From: Chloroflexota bacterium
Lineage (GTDB): Bacteria; Chloroflexota; UBA11872; VXNJ01
Assembly (NCBI GenBank): GCA_963664795.2
Contig: CAXXYJ010000024.1
Location: 4,154-68,153 of the forward strand
DNA: 64,000 bases
Direction: 5' to 3'
Part shown: in pieces, positions 60,681-64,000 of the stretch
Numbering within the stretch: the stretch's first letter is position 1
Layout: each line of letters begins with the position of its first letter
Translations under genes and position numbers: made by a program
The notes under the pieces: generated by a model
Told to the model about the DNA's origin: nothing
Databases searched by the model: none
Seen by the model: the letters and a program-made list of their open reading frames with translations, nothing else

Positions 60681-61903
60681 TCGGTCGCGGTGAACTAGAC
60701 GATCGTGTGCGGGATTGGGGACTTCGCGAAGATGTCGTGGAAAAAGATTACGTTTTGGGATGGGTGCTCTGGGGTATAGGCACCGACCCGCTACTCGGCG
60801 AGACCTGGGTATTCAAAGGCGGGACATGCCTCAAAAAGTGCTACATCGAAACGTACAGGTTTTCCGAAGATCTCGATTTCACAGTCCTGGAAGAAGGTCC
60901 GATCGAGCCTGAACCGGTTCTGGGCGCAATTGAGCGCGTCCTTGATCGCGTCGGTCAGGAGTCTGGCATCGACTTCGGAGTCCGACCACCCGCATGCAAA
61001 TCCCGGCCGTCCGGTATATCCGCCGAAGGCCGAATCTACTATCGCGGGCCGCGCGGTGCTCCAGGCCCCGCGCGAATCAAGCTCGATCTGACCGGCGACG
61101 AGGTCGTGGTGCGACCGCCGGTTTTGAGAACGATCAACCACGACTATCCGGATTCGCTGCCCGGTACCGGCCGGGTGCGCTGTTACGGCTTCGAGGAGGT
61201 CTTCGCCGAAAAGTTGCGCGCAATGGGAGAGCGGTCAAGGCCGCGGGATCTCTATGACATAGTCAACCTCTTTCGACGCCCGGAGTTCCGGCCGTACGGC
61301 GCGCTCGTCCGGGAAATCCTTGGCGACAAGTGCGCTTCGAAAAACGTTCCGGTTCCTTCTTACGAGCGCATTCGTAATTCGCCAATGTACGAAGAACTCG
61401 AATCCGAGTGGGGGAACATGCTTGGCCACCAATTGCGCGCCCTACCTGATTTCGCTCACTTCTGGAATGAGTTGCCCCGCGTTTTTGCGTGGCTAGACGG
61501 CGAAGTTTCCGAGCAGCCAGTTTCCCTGGCGGCGGAAGAGGAACTTTGGACCCCTCCGCCGACGTATTGGCGGGGGGACGGTAGCCGTCTCGAACCGGTC
61601 CGGTTTGCAGCCGTTAACCGCTTGCTGGTGGACCTTGGATATCAAGGCCGAAACCGGAAGATTGAACCGTATTCGCTGAGGCGGTCACGGGCAGGAAACG
61701 TTCTTCTCCACGCCCTTCGCGCGGAGAGCGGCGAGCACCGGGCCTACCGGCTCGACCGAATCGAATCGGCGCAAGTAACCTCCCAGCCATTCACGCCCAG
61801 CTACGCCATCGAATTCCCGGAGTCGGGAGCGATTCCGACACCGCCCACGGCGCGACTGAGAGCGCGACCTCGTTCGGCTGGGTGGCGAAGCCGCAGACGA
61901 TAA
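60677..61903 (+). CDS. AbiEii/AbiGii-family nucleotidyltransferase toxin with C-terminal WYL-like domain
   Basis: 408-aa ORF. NTase motif 'VFKGGTCLKKCYIETYRFSEDLDFTV'. C-terminal 'VDLGYQGRNRKIEPYSLRRSRAGNVLLHALRAESGEHRAYRLDRIESAQVTSQPF' fits the WYL-domain pattern. TTGA overlap with abiEi. Confidence 0.8.
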   Translation: MIGRGELDDRVRDWGLREDVVEKDYVLGWVLWGIGTDPLLGETWVFKGGTCLKKCYIETYRFSEDLDFTVLEEGPIEPEPVLGAIERVLDRVGQESGIDFGVRPPACKSRPSGISAEGRIYYRGPRGAPGPARIKLDLTGDEVVVRPPVLRTINHDYPDSLPGTGRVRCYGFEEVFAEKLRAMGERSRPRDLYDIVNLFRRPEFRPYGALVREILGDKCASKNVPVPSYERIRNSPMYEELESEWGNMLGHQLRALPDFAHFWNELPRVFAWLDGEVSEQPVSLAAEEELWTPPPTYWRGDGSRLEPVRFAAVNRLLVDLGYQGRNRKIEPYSLRRSRAGNVLLHALRAESGEHRAYRLDRIESAQVTSQPFTPSYAIEFPESGAIPTPPTARLRARPRSAGWRSRRR

Positions 61904-62231
61904 GTGATGAGGGGTGGCTGGATGGCCAGCGTAGCCCAACAGCAAGCGGTGCATTCAACGAAACGAATTGGGGCGCGAGTTCGGCACCGCTGCGGATCGG
62001 ACGATTCTTGGGCCTCGCAGGCGTGGGCGGGCATCGTCAATCTGAGGCGACATGTGATGGGTGATTGGACAGAACGGGGTACCGAGACCGCAGCGAATCA
62101 CTCAACGGTCCGTGCTGATTGAATTCGATTGCGGCTGGCGAAGTCAAACTGTTGGCGAAATAACTTCCGCGCGCCGGACTACAGCCACGGCCGCGCGGGT
62201 CGCCATTTGACCGCATCCGAAAGGCGTTGCC

Positions 62232-63713
62232 GTGGAGCCAATGAACCTGCTCATCATCATGTCGGACGAGCACACCCGCCGCATGACCGGCTGCTACGGC
62301 CACCCCCAGGTCAAGACCCCCAATCTGGATCGCCTGGCCGCCGACGGGGTGCGGTTTGACAACGCCTACTGCAATTTCCCAATCTGCGTACCCTCCCGCG
62401 CCAACTTCCTGACCGGGCGCTACTGTCATGAGACCGGTCACTGGGACAACGCCCATCCTTATGTCGGCCACGAAGCCCCCAGCTGGGGTCACCGCGTGGC
62501 AGCCAACGGCAACCAGGTCACTTCGATCGGAAAACTCCACTACCGCGCCGACGAGGACGACAACGGCATCGCCGAAAAACGGGTCTCGATGAACGTCCGG
62601 GACGGGATCGGCGACGTGCGCGGCTCGATCCGCTGGAACTTGTCTCCCAGCCAGGCCCCGGCCCTGGACGTATTGCAGGCCCACGCCGGCGATTCCGAGT
62701 ACATCCGCTTTGACACCGCGGTTGCCGACGACACCGTGCGCTGGCTCGGCGACGAAGCCAAGTCCTACGATCGGCCCTGGGTGCTCTTCGCCTCGGTGGT
62801 GACTCCGCATTTCCCGTTCATCTGCCCGCAGCGGCACTGGGACCTCTACGACGTCGACGAGGTCGAGATGCCGCTCTCGCACGAGAGCTACCCCGACCAC
62901 CCGTACTGGAACCGGGTCCGCCCGCTGCGCCTGAGTCCCCCGGACGGTTCGGACCGTCTGCCCGACGAGGCGGTGCGGCGCGGGATCACCGCCTACTGGG
63001 GATTGATCTCATTCATGGACGAGCAGGTCGGCCGCATCCTGGACGCGGTCGACGAAAACGGCTGGCGTGAAAACACCCGAATCATCTACACCTCCGACCA
63101 CGGCGAGATGGCGGGCAGCTTCGGTCTTTGGGGCAAGAGCTCCCACTACGAGGACGCCGTCGGGGTCCCGTTCATCATGTCCGGCCCCGACCTGCCGGCT
63201 GGCGAGGCGCGCAGCGCCAACGTCTCGTTCATCGACTTCTTTCCAACGGTCCTGGAGGCGGTGGGGGCCTCGTCCGCGGACGCCGACGCCGACCTGCCGG
63301 GAACCTCGCTCTGGCCGATCGCGCGCGGCGAGAGCGATCCGGATCGCTGCGTATTCGCCGAGTATCACGCCAGCGGGGCGATTTGCGGGTCCTTCATGGT
63401 TCGCGACAAGCGCCACAAATACGTTCACTACGCCGACGCGCAGTATCCTCCGCAGCTGTTCGACCTGTCCGAAGATCCGCGCGAACTAAACGATTTGGGG
63501 TCCGACCCTGACCACGCCGAGGTCCGCGAGCGTCTCCACGCCGAGCTGCTAAAGATCTGCGAACCGGACGAAGTCAACGCACGCGCGTTCGCCGACCAGC
63601 GGGCGCTAGTGGAGCGAAACGGTGGTGAGGAACACATCATCGCCAATTACGTCAAGATCCCGTACACGCCAGCGCCGGCGGCGTTCGGCCCAGAGAAGGA
63701 CCCCTTCCAGTAG
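62232..63713 (+). CDS. Sulfatase (paralogue of 57929-59416, no signal peptide)
   Basis: 'NLLIIMSDEHTRRM' and 'FPICVPSRANFLTG'. Collinear with the upstream sulfatase along its whole length. Confidence 0.85.
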   Translation: MEPMNLLIIMSDEHTRRMTGCYGHPQVKTPNLDRLAADGVRFDNAYCNFPICVPSRANFLTGRYCHETGHWDNAHPYVGHEAPSWGHRVAANGNQVTSIGKLHYRADEDDNGIAEKRVSMNVRDGIGDVRGSIRWNLSPSQAPALDVLQAHAGDSEYIRFDTAVADDTVRWLGDEAKSYDRPWVLFASVVTPHFPFICPQRHWDLYDVDEVEMPLSHESYPDHPYWNRVRPLRLSPPDGSDRLPDEAVRRGITAYWGLISFMDEQVGRILDAVDENGWRENTRIIYTSDHGEMAGSFGLWGKSSHYEDAVGVPFIMSGPDLPAGEARSANVSFIDFFPTVLEAVGASSADADADLPGTSLWPIARGESDPDRCVFAEYHASGAICGSFMVRDKRHKYVHYADAQYPPQLFDLSEDPRELNDLGSDPDHAEVRERLHAELLKICEPDEVNARAFADQRALVERNGGEEHIIANYVKIPYTPAPAAFGPEKDPFQ

Positions 63714-63880
63714 CGTGGCATGGTGGCCGTTCCGGCGTGCCGCCACAGCCTCCAGACCGTGTTCGTCCGTTATCGATATCCGAACGACGCTTCCGCTCGA
63801 GAGCGATTCGGGCCTCCCTTGGCGGGTTGGCACAGCCCTGGGGCCCGAATGACTGGTCGGTCCACCTGGAGTTTGCTGCA

Positions 63881-64000
63881 TTAGCGACCGAATCAGCTCA
63901 CTCCCGGTGATGATCGGAGTCGCAATCCGGTTCGAATGCGCGAGTAGATCTTCGCCACCGGCGATAACCGCGCCGGCAGCGCCGACGATCGCCAGATCCA
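63881..64000 (-). CDS. 3' part of an unidentified gene running off the window edge
   Basis: The coding-like frame 'DLAIVGAAGAVIAGGEDLLAHSNRIATPIITGSELIRSL' has no in-frame stop until 63606, inside the sulfatase gene. The true 3' end is therefore unresolved. Confidence 0.25.

Noticed and set aside
63606-63881. 91-aa ORF overlapping the 3' end of the second sulfatase.
   Set aside because: It is the in-frame continuation of the edge gene. Codon quality drops here (ATA, CAA and GGA codons) and it overlaps a well-supported gene. It is probably read-through past an unresolved stop or frame error.

Overview
This is a GC-rich bacterial chromosomal window. The taxon cannot be determined here, although the gene content is reminiscent of Chloroflexota or Actinomycetota-type genomes. 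I ran no database search; every product call rests on motifs recognised in the translated ORFs.

Backbone (housekeeping):
- dinG, topA, and a co-directional rdgB-rsmA-pth-mfd string
- hemW, valS, thymidine phosphorylase, pyrE, tatA, nth, gltX, msrA
- tRNA-Lys(CTT) and tRNA-Gln(CTG)
- an imuB-dnaE2 error-prone polymerase cassette

Accessory content:
1. A lower-GC islet between dinG and topA carries an overlapping gene pair: an AlbA_2/HATPase_c_4 protein and a ParA-like ATPase.
2. A 1617-bp IS1182-family element with perfect 16-bp terminal inverted repeats splits a luciferase-like monooxygenase gene. In-silico excision restores the ORF.
3. An AbiEi/AbiEii module sits between two paralogous sulfatase genes that lack signal peptides. 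Its toxin carries a WYL-like C-terminal domain.
4. A neighbourhood for hydrophobic substrates contains a Rieske oxygenase, a GPP34-cytochrome P450 fusion, an MMPL exporter, a COG2907-type FAD oxidoreductase and a Moco sulfite-oxidase-fold enzyme. A clear sterol-24-C-methyltransferase-family gene lies nearby.
5. There are decayed toxin-antitoxin remnants.

Five genes, including essential valS (hit twice), are broken by 1-2 nt frame changes, mostly at homopolymer runs. This is more likely consensus error than biology.
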